A DNA stretch of 64,000 nt from Eledone cirrhosa. Its lineage: Eukaryota. Below the pieces are notes generated by a model, which saw nothing but the letters and a program-made list of their open reading frames with translations, did not search any database and was not told the origin of the DNA. Positions within the stretch are counted from its first letter, which is position 1; every line of letters starts with the position of its first letter. The stretch lies in NCBI GenBank assembly GCA_964016885.1, contig OZ024757.1, forward strand, positions 27,900,001 through 27,964,000, given 5' to 3'. Shown here in pieces: positions 40,872-54,563 of this stretch. A program made the translations under genes and the position numbers.

Positions 40872-43500
40872 GTAAGGATATTTATTTGTTTTGGGATCAG
40901 TGTGGGTTTGATAGTTTATATATATATGATTTTGATTTTTGTATGGGACATTTATGTGTGTATAAGTGCAGGTATGTCTGTACAGTTCTGGGTACAAGTA
41001 TGGTTATGTTGTTAAGGAGTTTGCTTCAAAACCACAAGTTTTGGTGTTCAATTCCACTGTGTGGCACCCTGGACATCTTCTGCCTCAGGTCAATCCAAAT
41101 CTTGTAAGCTGAATTAACCTTTCATATCCTGTACCACATGAAACCACATTAGCAAAACATTTTTGCAAAGTACAAAACAGCACTATGAGTGTATCACATT
41201 AAAAATTAAAGTATTTTCTATAATACTGTAAATTTTCACTATCATTTGTTTTCTAGTAAAGATGCTATAAACATAAAGATACTATAAACTGGTTTTTTTT
41301 TTTTAGATATTTTCAGCTAAATCATTAGTGAAGGCATGTGGCTTAGAGATTAGAGAGTTAGATTCGCAATTGTGATGTGAGTTTAATTCTCAGACTGGGT
41401 AATGCATTGTGTCCTTGAGCAAGACACTTTATTTCATGCTGCTCCTTCTGCGACTGGTAGATAGTATCAACAGTGGAAAGACCAATGGAAAAATTGTTTC
41501 CTTGGTCTGATTTGACAAGATTCACACCACTCGGGAAGCAAATGAGCTCTGGGTTTTGTCAATTGATCAGAGCAAGCGATTAGGTGATCTGAGTTCAAAT
41601 CCCGCCGAGGTTAACTTTGCCTTTCATCCTTACAGGGTCGATAAAATAAAGTACCAGTAATGTACTGGGTAATTGCTGGCCTTGTGTCTAAAGTAGAAAC
41701 AATTATAAGTTAATAGGATTAAGTATAACTAAGATAATCCAGCCAAGAATTGGATCTATGGAAGCTGTTATGTCTTGTATAACTCGTTCTACAGAATTCT
41801 TAATGATGTGTTTTGAATGTTTTTGGTATTGCTGTTTTATATTGTATTTTGTATTCGTTTTTTATTATATTTCTTTTCTGTATCATATTTCATTGTTTTT
41901 ATATCTTATGTTTTATTTGGGTATTTTTTATAAATAAATTATTTATGTTCATTCTGTCATAGAGAACACTCTAGAATACAATAGGAGCGACTTTGAACAT
42001 ATAACACACACACATGTATATATGTATGTATATATATATATATTTATTTATATATATTTTTAATCTCTCTCTATATATATATATATTTATTTATTTGTGT
42101 GTATATATATGTATATATATAGAAGATCCCGTTAATGGTGAAAGCAGCGATTCTTTGCTTAAACTTTAAACTGTTATTTTAATAAATATATATATATATA
42201 TACATATATAGTTTTGTGCTTGTTTAAAGAACAAAGCAGGCCATAGACTATGGAAAGGACCCAATATTGTTAAGTAGAGCAGATTATATATACAATATAT
42301 AATTAGTTGAAGACTAATGACTACACATGTACACATGTTTCCCTTACACTAACAGTAGGAAAGCTTTCAGGTATTAACCATGCACAGTCAGTCACATTCA
42401 TGAAATTGGTCTCAAAAATTATATAAATGATGCCATCATCAACATCATCCTCAACATTATCACAGTTAGTGGCTGAGTGGTTAGACAGTAGGATTCGCAA
42501 TTGTGAGGTTGCGAGTTCAATTCTCAGACCAGGTAATGCGTTGTGTCCCTGAGCAAGACACTTTATTTCATGTTGCTCCTTCTGCCAAGAGTTGCAACTG
42601 GTAGATAGTATCAGTGATGGAAAGACCAATGGAAACATTGTTTCCTTGGTATGATTTGATGAGGTTCATCGCACTCGGCAAGCAAATGAGGTCTAGGATC
42701 TTGTTGATCGATCAGAGTAAGCAAACATCTATTTTGCATGCTTGCATGAGTTACATGGGCTGTCCCATTATGAAGCTAAACAGGTCAGGTGACCATGTCA
42801 TGCTCATATGTTCCATTTTTAGCTAGGTTTTCTATGGCCAGATGCCCTTCTTAATGCTTCACGGCATGTACAGGGAGTATTTTGTCATGGCACCAGCAGG
42901 TTAGACTGGGTGCATTTCTCAAGGCACGAGCACTATCACTTTACTGGGTGGATTGGGTGCTTTTTGTCATAGCACCAACGCTACCACATTACAGGGTGGA
43001 CTGATTGCTTTTTGTCATGGCACCAGCACAATCATCTTATGAGGTGGACTGAGTGCTTATGTTATAGCACCAGCACTACCACTTTATAGTGTAGAGCTCT
43101 ATCATTTTACAACACACACACACACACACATAAACAGAGCTTATGTGAAATTGGTGGCCTACCATTTCTGAATAAATGGACAACTTTGTATCATAAAATA
43201 TGAAGCAATTTCATGTGGTTTTGTATCAAATGTGTTAAACCTCTAGCATATAAACCAGCCATATTCTCTCAGCCAGAATTCTCTCACCACTTTCTGTTTA
43301 AACTGGCCGTAACTGGCCACTCATAGTGATGTTACGGTATTGTTCTCAAAATAAATAATATCAAAATCTCATAGATTCACTATTATGTGAGATAATTATG
43401 TGAGATAAAGCCTTTACCGTGAAAATATAATAGTATTTATAGAGTAATGTAAATGCTAAAGGGTTAAATTAATATTTCTTTTCTTTTCTTTGTTTTTCAG

Positions 43501-43686
43501 GAAACTGCACTCTACCATCAATAGAAAATGGATTCTTTATACATAAAAATCCTAGTGAAGTGAATATAATTCATCACAATGAAATAGCCTACATAAGCTG
43601 CAATGAAGGCTACACCTTAGATGGCTCAACAGAAATAATTTGTCGACATGGACTATGGACTACAAGCATACCTATCTGTCAACCAA
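43501..43686 (+). CDS. CCP1 exon (NCTLPSIENG...SCNEGYTLDG...CRHGLW...PICQP)
   Basis: ttcag|, |gtaag, CCP consensus. Confidence 0.92.
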
Positions 43687-44111
43687 GTAAGTAAATTGGT
43701 TCTTCTTCTCCCCCCCCCCCCCCACCACAACAACAAAAACAACCATCAGCAAAACCGCAATCATTACCACCACTAGAACTATAACCACCACCACAACGAT
43801 TATTACCACCATCACCACAACCATTACCGCCATCACCACCACCACCACTACCACCATTACCACCACCACAACCATTACTACCACCACAACCATTACTACC
43901 ACCATCACCACCACCACAACCATTACTACCACCATCACCACCACCACAACCATTACCACCACCACTACACCAACAACCATTATCACCACCACCACAACCA
44001 TTACCACCACTACCACCAACACCACTACTATTTCATGTCATGCACACTATAAACGACAATCACAGATATTTCGCTGGCTCTTCAATAGCACAGAATAAAT
44101 TTCTCTTTCAG

Positions 44112-44294
44112 AAAAATGTTCTGCAGTTTCTATACCAAATGGTATAATATCTCCGAACAGTTCATCAACAGAACCGATCTCACACAAAGCTTACATCGAC
44201 ATACGCTGCTCACAGGGTTTTGTGTTACATGGACAAAGCACCCTGTTATGTAACTTTGGAAAGTGGTCTTCAAATGTACCTTCCTGTATGCCAA
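44112..44294 (+). CDS. CCP2 exon (KCSAVSIPNG...RCSQGFVLHG...CNFGKW...PSCMP)
   Basis: ttcag|, |gtaagt. Confidence 0.92.
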
Positions 44295-45635
44295 GTAAGT
44301 ATTTGAAAAATCATTGATTGACTACACAACTGTTTCCCTCCCGAAAAAAAAAAATTCCTATTTTCTTTCTTGTCCATCTTTTCTTTATCAGGTTCAAAAC
44401 ATACGCTTGAGGAAACATAAGACTCTTAGAGAAATATACAATGGTCTCCCTCATATGTTTGATATTGTGTAAAAGAGGAGAGTGAGATTTGCTGGCCATT
44501 GTCATTATGCCTCAAATGAGGCTGTGTTCCCTTTAGTCCTTTGGAAACCAACATCTGACTAAAGCTACAAAAGCTAAAAAGGTTGTAAACTCTCCTGCCC
44601 AAATGTTATAGCTAGAGTCACTGATATTGATGATCGGGATCTAGGCAATGCAATGTGTGATCCCCCTGATGACTAGAGAAGTCAAGGGGCTGACAATGAT
44701 TATATACAGTTATCCCACTTCATATCTTGTGTACCCGAGATTTACATTGTGTATATCATATGGAGTTTATGCCTACTCCCTTTCTACAGAATCCTATCTT
44801 CTCACCTACTCACTAACATTTTAGTTTGGCTAAATTTACTCCTCGGTCTTTTGATTCTAAATTCTCTTTCCATTTTCTAGGTCTTTAATGGATTCGACTA
44901 TAAGGACCAAATTATCTGCATATATATAATCGTCATCATCACCATTTAAGGTCTATTTCTATCCTTACATACATATAAGGTGTCTCTGATATGAAGACTG
45001 GGAAGACTACAAATGAGGGTAGAACAAGCAAGCAAAATTACAAGTAACTTTGTTCTTCAGCTGTTTCCAATTCCAGCTAACTTGCAGTACCTCATTGGTG
45101 ATTAATTGAATACTTAAGACTGGCACATGCCAAGATACATATCAAATTACAATATGAGATCAGCGAATGTCCACATACATATACATTTATAAACATAATA
45201 TACATACATGATGATGAACAGATTAGTTACCCAGATATGATCAGCACACGCCAAAAAAAAGGTACTCTGCTTAACTTTACCACTCAACATCAGACACTTG
45301 CGTTTGGCAAATTAAAGAACAGCACTCCAGATGAAAATAAAAATAAGAGATGTTAATTGGAATTAGTTGCTATAAAAGCTATATTCGGTGAGACCACAGT
45401 TGGTCAATTGGTCATCTCTTACGATAAGTCTGCTGTGGTCTGTGTCTTGAATGAGGACACTTAGAATCTCAATGATCATATTGATAATATTGAAGTATCC
45501 TTTAAAGAGTAGACTTCCTTATATATATAGTACTAAGTTGAATAATGGTATTACTGGGCTTAACTAGTAACATCTCATATATATACACTTAGTTCTAGAC
45601 TCAGTTTCTCTTGTTTTTATTCCATTTACTTGCAG

Positions 45636-45830
45636 TGTACTGTCAGTCTGAAGAAGTGAGCAATGGCATTCTTATACATGATGGATCTATTATATCATCC
45701 AGCAAAAAAATACCTCATGCCGACACAATAATTGTCAGCTGTAGAACTGGTTATACTCTCAGGTCCGATTCCTTTCAGATGGAATGTCTTCTAGGGAAGT
45801 GGTCTCATCCATTTCCATCATGTGAACCAG
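45636..45830 (+). CDS. CCP3 exon (YCQSEEVSNG...SCRTGYTL...CLLGKW...PSCEP)
   Basis: tgcag|, |gtaagg. Confidence 0.92.
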
Positions 45831-46832
45831 GTAAGGAAAACAAAACTGATCAACTTTCTAATGATTATTTTAATCCCTTTGATACCAAACCACCTGAAAC
45901 TGACCCTGGTTCTACAATACAAAGCTGTTTATTTTAAAATGTTTATATTTATAAATAAACTTTTCATCATAATTTTATGTGAGAACTTTGGTTAACACTT
46001 TATCATTAACATTATTCTATATATACTATTGAATTTTCATGGTAAAGGCTTTACTTTACATAATTATCTCACATGATATCGAATCTATGAGATTTTGATT
46101 TTATCTATTTTGTGAACAATATTTTAACATCACTATGAGCAGCTGGTTTGAACAGAAAGAGGTGAGGGAATTCTAGCTGGATATGGCCAGTTTAAATGTT
46201 AAAGGGTTAACTCATTAGGTCACGGCCTCATTAGACAAATTAAAACATCAACTGTTAAAAACCATTAATTGCAATCCAAAAGATATATATAGAGTTATAG
46301 AGGGAAAAGTGATGTTTAGCAATGATGATGATGATACTTATATGTGTGTGTCTGTGTGAGTGTGTGTGTGTATGTGTGAGTGTGTGTGTGTATGTGTGTG
46401 TGCATGTATCAGCATGTATATGTATAAGTATCATCATCATCATCAATACTTTACATCAATTTTTCCATCTTGGCATGAATGTACACACATAATAAACGTT
46501 AGCGCATACATAATGTATTATACATATATACATATCACCCAAAACACAGACACATATACACACTCATACACATATATATACATATCCCCCAAAACACAGA
46601 CTTACACACACATACGCACACTCATACACATATATACATATCATTCAAAACACACACATACACACACTTATACACATATATACATATCCCCCAAAACACA
46701 CTCATACACACACTCATACACATATATACATATACATAATCACACCTCCAATGATCTCAACATCATTCATGTTTCTTTCATAATATTTTTTTATTTTTTA
46801 TTTTGTTCCTTCTCTGTTCTTCTGCCTTCAAG

Positions 46833-47024
46833 AGCCATGTATTCCACATAAAGTTCCCAATGGAAGAGTCTTGTATTCAGGCAAAGACATCTCAGATGAG
46901 ATCAAAGTTAATCACAGCCACACAGCGACTGTTGTCTGTGGTTCTGATTACATACTGCACGGTGAAAGCGCATTGACTTGCCAGAAAGGAATTTGGTCAT
47001 CTGAATTTCCCACTTGTCTTCCAA
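46833..47024 (+). CDS. CCP4 exon (PCIPHKVPNG...VCGSDYILHG...CQKGIW...PTCLP)
   Basis: Polypyrimidine tract plus tcaag|, |gtaagt. Confidence 0.88.
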
Positions 47025-47802
47025 GTAAGTAACATATATTTTGAATATTAACCCTTAACATCTCATAAGCCACGAAGACACATTAGCAAGACATTCTTGA
47101 AAAATATAAAATGGCATTATCATTCTTAATGTCGTGTACCATATGAATATGCATTAGCAAAACATTTTTGAAAAGTACAGAACAGCACTATGACTGCATC
47201 ACATTAAAATTTGAAGTCTTTACTCTAATTCTCTAAATTTTTTTCAATGATCTGTCTGCTAGTAAAGATACTATAAATATTTGAATTAACAAACCAGATG
47301 GAGAGCTGATTATAGATGATTAAATCAGGGGGTGGTTATAGATGGTTAAATTGAGCTCGGTACTTTAATGGCTTTTAATTTTATTTACCATAGAAAACTC
47401 AGAAGTTAAAGAGACATAGAAGTTTCTACAATATTAATATTCGCCATAGGCAGAAGACCATACATTTGGCAGTAGAGATAATGACAACAAATTCTTTTTT
47501 TTTCTTTTACTCACCCCAACTAAGGCAATAAAGCCACTAAAATGGAAGGGGTTAGTGAGAAGGGAAAAGGACAAGACAGAGAGAACATAAATCATGGAGA
47601 TGACGATGGATGTTTTAAATTTTTGCAAATGTATTGGTCAGGAAAGCAAGAAACCAGAAGAGAATTCCCTAGGTGAGATGTGCAAGGGAAGAACTATCAG
47701 TATGCTAAAAATAGCAGCAAATCTATCTGACGTTTTATCAACTCTGCTAGTTCAGCACCTATTTGATATATGGTATTTGATATTTGAATATTTATTTTAC
47801 AG

Positions 47803-47994
47803 AATTCTGTTCAAGTGAGTTAGTTGCACAAGCTGAAGTTATCTATCTTGGCAAAGAACTGAAGACAATAACCAATATTGAACACAGAACCAGTGTCTAT
47901 ATCAGTTGTAAACCTGGTTACATGAATATTGGCTCAACAAAAGTGACATGTTCTTATGGACATTGGTCTCAAAACTTTCCAACTTGTATTCCAA
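47803..47994 (+). CDS. CCP5 exon (FCSSELV...SCKPGYMNIG...CSYGHW...PTCIP)
   Basis: tacag|, |gtaagt. Confidence 0.92.
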
Positions 47995-48228
47995 GTAAGT
48001 ATTTTATATTCTTTTAGTCTTTTATTCTTTTACTATTTTGAAAGTATTATATATTAGCTTAAAGTAAGTTGCTTCAAAGTAAATTTTTAGACTATTAAAA
48101 TAGTTGAACAAGTTGGGCATATGGCAAGTGTGAGTTCCATTTCCAAAGATGATACTGTCCACTTTTCCTGTCTCTAGGAGTTTATAGGTCCAACATATTT
48201 GATTATATTCATAAACCTTAAAACCTAC

Positions 48229-48459
48229 TTAACCTTTTAGCATTTACATTACTCTATATATTTACTATTGTATTTTCATGGTAAATGCTTTATCTCACAT
48301 AATTATCTCACATAACATCAAATCTATGAGATTTTGATATTATTTATTTTGAGAACAATAACTTAAAGCCGGTATGAGGACGCAGTTACAGTTGGTTTGA
48401 AAAAAAAGAGGTGAGAGAATTCTGGCTGCATACGGCCGGTTTATATGCTAAAGGGTTAA
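48229..48459. mobile_element. piggyBac-like MITE family A (~230 bp; other copies ~7490-7677, 18985-19194, 23198-23420, 27755-27958, 43235-43467, 46000-46209, 62085-62292)
   Basis: TTAA ends. TIR ttaaccctttagcattta...taaatgctaaagggttaa. Conserved internal gagagaattctggctggat. Confidence 0.8.
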
Positions 48460-48989
48460 GCCTACATACTTTAAAAATTTAAAATTCGCAGAATGCTTCT
48501 TGATTGATACAATTGATTCTTTGCTTACATTCTTTTACCAGTTTCAGTCATTGGACTGCTGCCATGTTCTGGCATCATCTTAAAGAGATTTAGTTGATCA
48601 TATTCACCTCAGTACTCAGTACTTATGTTTTCAAGAGTATTAAAGCTGAATGAATTACATTGTAGAAGAGTCATTTTAACCATTTAAAAACACACATACA
48701 AAAACTGTGAAATTCATTTACTTGTATCATATCATTTATTTCTTGGTGCCAAAATATCCATAATTTCAGTCAGGTTTCATTAGTGACCAGATCACTATAC
48801 AACAGCTCTGCATGATCCTATCATTGCATTGAGCTAAAAAAATACTTAGTAAATGAGTAAAATTTACCCTCATTAATATTATTATTATATATATATATGT
48901 ATGAGAGATGGCAACATAAATGGACCTGTTAATTTTCTCTAAAACCAGTTATTCCGATTCCACCCTGCCTGTCCTTTCAATCTTTCTAA

Positions 48990-49040
48990 TTTCTCATTCT
49001 TTCTTCTGATGAAGGACTAGCGTCTGAAATGTTAAGACCT
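48990..49040 (+). ncRNA. Degenerate minimal hammerhead motif in a Penelope-like pLTR relic
   Basis: CTGATGA (49006) - aggac tagc gtct - GAAATGTTA - aga. Confidence 0.45.
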
Positions 49041-49174
49041 TCTCCTGCTATTTCAAACGTTAAACTAATATATTCCTTCCATATACTGTACTGATTGTGT
49101 TGTTATTTCTGTTTACCTTTTACATACATATTGAAAGAATCTATAAATATGGTTATTTTTTTGTTGAATTTCAG

Positions 49175-49384
49175 GAGGTTGTCATGCCCAGACAGTTTTA
49201 CATGGCACAGTAAAATATCTGGAACAGCAACTTATAAATGTTTGTTCAACATTATCTGGTGGTTTAGTGTCACATAGTCATGCTGTTACAGTAAAATGCT
49301 TGGAAGGATTCAAATTGGTAGGAACTGAGATTCTCAGCTGCAAGTTTGGAAACTGGAGTGAAAATTTCCCAAAATGTCAACCAG
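49175..49384 (+). CDS. CCP6 exon (GCHAQTVLHG...INVCSTL...KCLEGFKLVG...CKFGNW...PKCQP)
   Basis: ttcag|, |gtaatt. Confidence 0.9.
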
Positions 49385-50041
49385 GTAATTAATTCTTACT
49401 AATATAGACAGGTACATGATCAGCAATTTAAGAGAAAAAGAAAGCCAATTATATTTGTTTGTACTTTTGGCACAAGGCCAGCAATTATCCCAGTGAATTA
49501 CTGGTACTTTATTTAATCGACCCCATAAGGATGAAATGCAAAGTTAACTAACCTCAGCGGGATTTGAACCCAGAACGTAAAGGGCCGTAACTCTATGCTG
49601 CAAAACATAGCGTCCGACACTCTACCGATTCTGTCAATCCATTAACCACAGAACCTAACTGACATTTTATTTTATTTCAATTTTTTCAACATGCTGATGT
49701 GTATATGTATATGTGGGTGTGTGTGTGTATGTGCATATGCATATATTTATATGTATGAGTATATAAATATAAACACACAAACACACACGCACTTACAAAA
49801 ATACATACTCAGACATACATTCACACAAATACACATACATTCACACTAACATACACACACATTCACACACACACACACATTGTGTGATGGACGGACAGAA
49901 TTCGCTCAAATTTATACAAACACACACATACACATACACTCACACACAGTATAGCAAATGGAACGCCAGCTGCTGTTTTGCTATAGTTTTTTCACTGTTT
50001 TTTTAAAAATATATTTTATTATTTTACATTCCATTCTTTAG

Positions 50042-50239
50042 CAAGTTGTAATGTGGAAGGAGTAGAAAATGGAGAAGTTGTTAATGAAGAAGGAGAAATC
50101 ATAACAAATGCATCTCATTCACAAGAAGTTTCAATTTTCTGTGATGATGGTTACCGACTTCCGAGAGAGAATGCAGCAGCCAGTAAGATAAAATGCTACT
50201 TTGGTGAATGGACATATCAGTTTCCAGCTTGTATTCCAG
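50042..50239 (+). CDS. CCP7 exon (SCNVEGVENG...FCDDGYRL...CYFGEW...PACIP)
   Basis: tttag|, |gtaag. Confidence 0.92.
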
Positions 50240-51029
50240 GTAAGAATTCTTGCTCCTTAACTCAGACAATATAAGTCAAGTTCATGTAACTAGTGCAGCC
50301 AGTCATTATGGGTACCAAAGAGGAATTTATTAATAACTGTTTCGACCCCGTAAGGATGAAAGGCTAAGTTAACCTCGGCGGGATTTGAAATCAGACCGTA
50401 ACGGGACGTAACTCTATGCTTCAAAGCATGGTGTCCAACTCTCTACCGATACTGCCAATAATAACAAGAGTTAATAGTTTAACACTTTTCCTATAAAATC
50501 ATCTGAAACTAGCCCTGATTCTACAATATATACCTATTTCTTTTAAAATGTTTATATTTATGTAAAAACCCTCCATCACAATTATACTTAAGAACTTTTC
50601 TTAAGTTATACTTCAAACATGTATGTCTATAACTATGTGTATGTGTGTATGTGCATATGCACACATTTATATGTATGAGTATATAAATAAAAATACGCAA
50701 ACATAGACACACTTACAGACATACACTCATACAAATACACATACATTCACACAAACATACACATATATTCACACAAACATACACATACACATACACTCAC
50801 ACACAGCATAGAAAATGGAACACCAATCACCGTTTTGCTGTAGTTTTTTCACCATCCCGTCCTTCTTTATACACACACATACATTCACACAAACACACAC
50901 TCATATTGTGTGATGGAAGTCACTCAAATTTATATATAGATGACTAACTTTTTCATTATTTATCTGGTGTTTGAAGCATAACATAAAAAAGTTCTTAAAT
51001 ATAATTATGAAGAGGGTTTTTAGATAAAT

Positions 51030-51490
51030 ATAAAGGTTGGTTATATGATGCCTGTGTGAGCTGACCTATGCTGCATGGTAGTGAAACATGGGCAGCAACT
51101 GCAGAGGATATGTGATGGCTGGAGAGAAATGAAGCAAGTATGCTCCGTTGGCTGTGTAATGTCAATGTGCGTGAACAACCAAGCATAGATGAGTTGAGAG
51201 AGAAACTGTGTATAAGAGGGATAAGTTGTAGCTTGTGGGAGAGAAGACTGCAATGGTATGGACATGTGATGCACATGGAGGATGACCGCTAGGTGAAGGA
51301 AGATGTGGTAGAGGTAGACCACGAAAAACATGGGCGGAGGTGGTGAGAGCAGACCTCAGATTGCTGAAGCTCACGGAGGAGATGACAAAGGACCGTGAGA
51401 AGTGGAAAGATGTTGTGCTGAATAGGACCCATCCCACCCTTGCAAGCATGGAAAAGCGGACGTAAAATGGTGATGATGATGATGATGATA
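51030..51490 (+). mobile_element. RTE LINE 3' fragment with (ATG)n tail
   Basis: LYDACV..MLHGSETW..LERNEASMLRWLC..RRLQWYGHV..GRPRKTW, followed by gcaagcatggaaaagcggacgtaaaatg(atg)n. Confidence 0.85.
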
Positions 51491-51614
51491 AACACTTTAA
51501 AAGAAATAGGTATGTATTGTAGAATCAGGGCTAGTTTCAGATGGTTTTGTATGAAAAGGGTTAAACTATTAACTCTTGTTATTATAATAATTATTTTTCA
51601 TTCCATTTTAACAG

Positions 51615-51824
51615 AGAACTGCTTAGCCAATGCTGTTTTGAATGGTCAGCTGGTTTACAATGAAAGTGTTGTTGAATTCAACGTACTTGATCCCAAACCG
51701 TTGCAGATTCTTCATAAGCAACATGTTGAAGTATCTTGTATAGAGGGTTTCAACATGACTGGAAGAGCAAGGATTATGTGTGTGTCTGGAAAATGGTCAC
51801 AGCACTTTCCAATATGTCAGCCAC
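51615..51824 (+). CDS. CCP8 exon (NCLANAVLNG...SCIEGFNMTG...CVSGKW...PICQP)
   Basis: aacag|, |gtaagt. Confidence 0.92.
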
Positions 51825-52336
51825 GTAAGTTTATTTTTGTCTCTTTTATTATTTTATTCTATATCTAGTTTTAATCATTGGACTGTAGTCATGCTAGAGC
51901 ATCAACATAAGTGATCTTAGTCAATCATTCATACAGCCAACCAACCAACCAGCCAACCATCCAGCCAGCCAACCCTCAATCCAACAAATTAGTCAACCAG
52001 CCACCCATCCATTTATTAAATATTTTAACCAGAGAACTGCTCATCTAATCAACCTTCCATCCAATTATCTAAGCATCCTTCTTACCAGCCAGCCAGCCAA
52101 CCAGCCATGCATCCATCCATTCAAACATTCAACCATTCAGCCACCCAACCATATAACCACCCATTCAGCCAGATATCCATCTAACATGTCAGCCAGCCAA
52201 CTGCCGATCCATCTAGCCATCCAACCACCCTTCTGTTCAACCATTTAACGATCCAAGAATCTAACCATCCATCCATACATCCATCCAGTAAGCAAGCACT
52301 GTCACTATATGTTGTTTTATCTCTACTGTTTAACAG

Positions 52337-52537
52337 GCAGCTGTCAGGCCTATACTGTTGAGAATGGAATCACAGAGGTTATGGCACAGAACACAGTACT
52401 GAAGAACTGGGGTCAGCTCATTGCTCATGGGCTCAATGTAAATACTAGCTGCAAGGTGGGACATGAGTTATCTGGGGCCTCTAACCTAAAGTGTCTGTAT
52501 GGAAAATGGACTGGAGACTTTCCTCAGTGTACACCAA
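52337..52537 (+). CDS. CCP9 exon (SCQAYTVENG...SCKVGHELSG...CLYGKW...PQCTP)
   Basis: aacag|, |gtaagt. Confidence 0.92.
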
Positions 52538-52681
52538 GTAAGTTGACTTTCTACAATTTTTGCTCCTAAAATTAAGAACATATTTAACTGCACACACACA
52601 CATACACACTTGCACATATAGACAAACACATATACATATATATATGTGTGTGGAAATATATATATATATATATATATATAT

Positions 52682-53885
52682 AAGACTAAAGTTCTAGTTT
52701 GTAGGAAGGAAAATAGGGCACCGGTCCCATCTGGGAAATGACCATGCTCAGTGTGTAGGAAAGGAGTAGGCAGAAACTCCATTTTATGTCCCAAATGCAA
52801 AGTATGGGTGCATAAAAGATGTAGTGGGATCACAGGTAAGCTAACTAAGAATATAAATTTTATATGTGGCCGGTGCTCTGGTGCAATAAGTAGCAGCAAA
52901 TGCCCACAGAATACTAGCTCATTCCATTGCACAGATGTTACCTGGGTGACAAAATCAGCAGTGGGGGAGGGTGCTCTGAAAGTACAGTAGCTAGAGTCAG
53001 AACAGGATGGAAAAAGTTCAGAGAGCTTATACCACTATTGGCTGCTAAAGGGTTCTCTCTAAAAATGAAAGGCAGGCTGTATGATGCCTGCATACAAACA
53101 GCAATGTTACATGGCAGTGAGACCTGGGCATTGTGTGCAGAGGATATACGCAGACTGGAGAGGAACGAAGCTTGCATGCTTCGCTGGATGTGTAATAGTA
53201 ATATACGTGAACGGCAGAGCATAAACGAACTAAGGGAGAAATTAGGAATAAGAGGGATCAGATGTTGTTTACTCGAGAGAAGACTACGTTGGTATGGTCA
53301 CAAGATGCGCATGAAAGACGACAGCTGTATAAAAAAGTGCAGGGCGATAAAAATAGACGGTAGCCACGGAGTAGGCAGACCCAGAAAAACCTGGGACGAC
53401 TTGATAAATTCCAACCTCACACACTCACACCTTTCCAAAACAATGTCACTGGACCGAGATCTTTGGCGCTACACAGTAATACAGAAGACTTGCCTTGCCT
53501 AAGTACAAAGCGAAACCTACAGTCAGTAGGCACCTCTAACAAAAATACACCCCTCTCCCACTACCCCCACCCCATCCACACCACCCCCTTCAATGTGAAG
53601 TTATGTTGGTACCACAACATCCGGTCCGAAACAAATGAGGTTGTGTAGGTGTCACGACAAAAAAACACACAGTCCACGCTGTAATGTGGCCGTGTAGGTA
53701 ACATGGTAAAAACCTCCCAGTCCACACTGTAAACGTGGTTGGTGTTAGGAAGGGCATCCAGCCGTAGAAAACCCGCCAGACAGTCCTATGCGAGCAGGAC
53801 AGCCAATCTTGCCTCAAGTGGGAAAACTCCCGTCCAAACCCATGCAAGCATGGAAGATGGACGTTAAACGATGATGATGATGATA
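52682..53885 (+). mobile_element. RTE LINE 3' portion with PHD-like Cys motif, plus 3' tail
   Basis: CSVCRKGVGRNSILCPKCKVWVHKRCSG, YLGD, MLHGSETW, RRLRWYGH, GRPRKTW, then ...gcaagcatggaagatggacgttaaacg(atg)n. Confidence 0.9.
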
Positions 53886-54563
53886 TATATATATATGTTT
53901 TGACGCCAGATTATTCATCCTTAATTCATTATTTTTTTCTCCCTATCATCTAACTCATTCTCAATACATATTAACTCTTTCTTCGCACATATTATCAATT
54001 CCTTCAATATACAAACCTTAACTTCACATTATTTTTCTCAAATCCTTCAATACACAAACCTTAATTTTTTTTCTCTTCGTTAATTTTCAAATTTCCATAA
54101 TACTTGTAAACATACACACTCTTTTTTTGACGTTAGAATATTCATCCGCAATTCATTATTCTATTCTCTCTATCATCAAACTCTTTATTCTAAATACATA
54201 TTAACTCCCTCTCCTTCGTCGCACATATTTTTCCCTTCGTTAATTTTCAAATTCTTTTAATTTATACATTATCTTCCAACGGTTTTCAACCTCTCTATGT
54301 AAAACAATATATCTTTCTCAGTTATAAAAACTATCTCTCTCTCTCTATCACCCATCTCTCCTCCTATCTCATCCTTCCTCATTATATTCCTCCCTCTCAT
54401 CTCACCTTCACTCTCATCTCCTCTTCTTTTTTTCATCCTTTCCCCCCCCCCCCTCTAAATAAAATATTTTTCCCAATATCACACATCAATCTAAAACTAC
54501 TCATATGTTGATTTAAAACTGCACTATCCACAAGTGTTTTTTAGCCTTCATATCATGTCCTCC

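Noticed and set aside
52021-52045. Short copy of the CCP8 acceptor (ttttaaccagagaactgct) as an extra CCP exon
   Set aside because: Similarity stops after about 20 nt and continues into (CCAT/CCAG)n low-complexity sequence without CCP cysteines.
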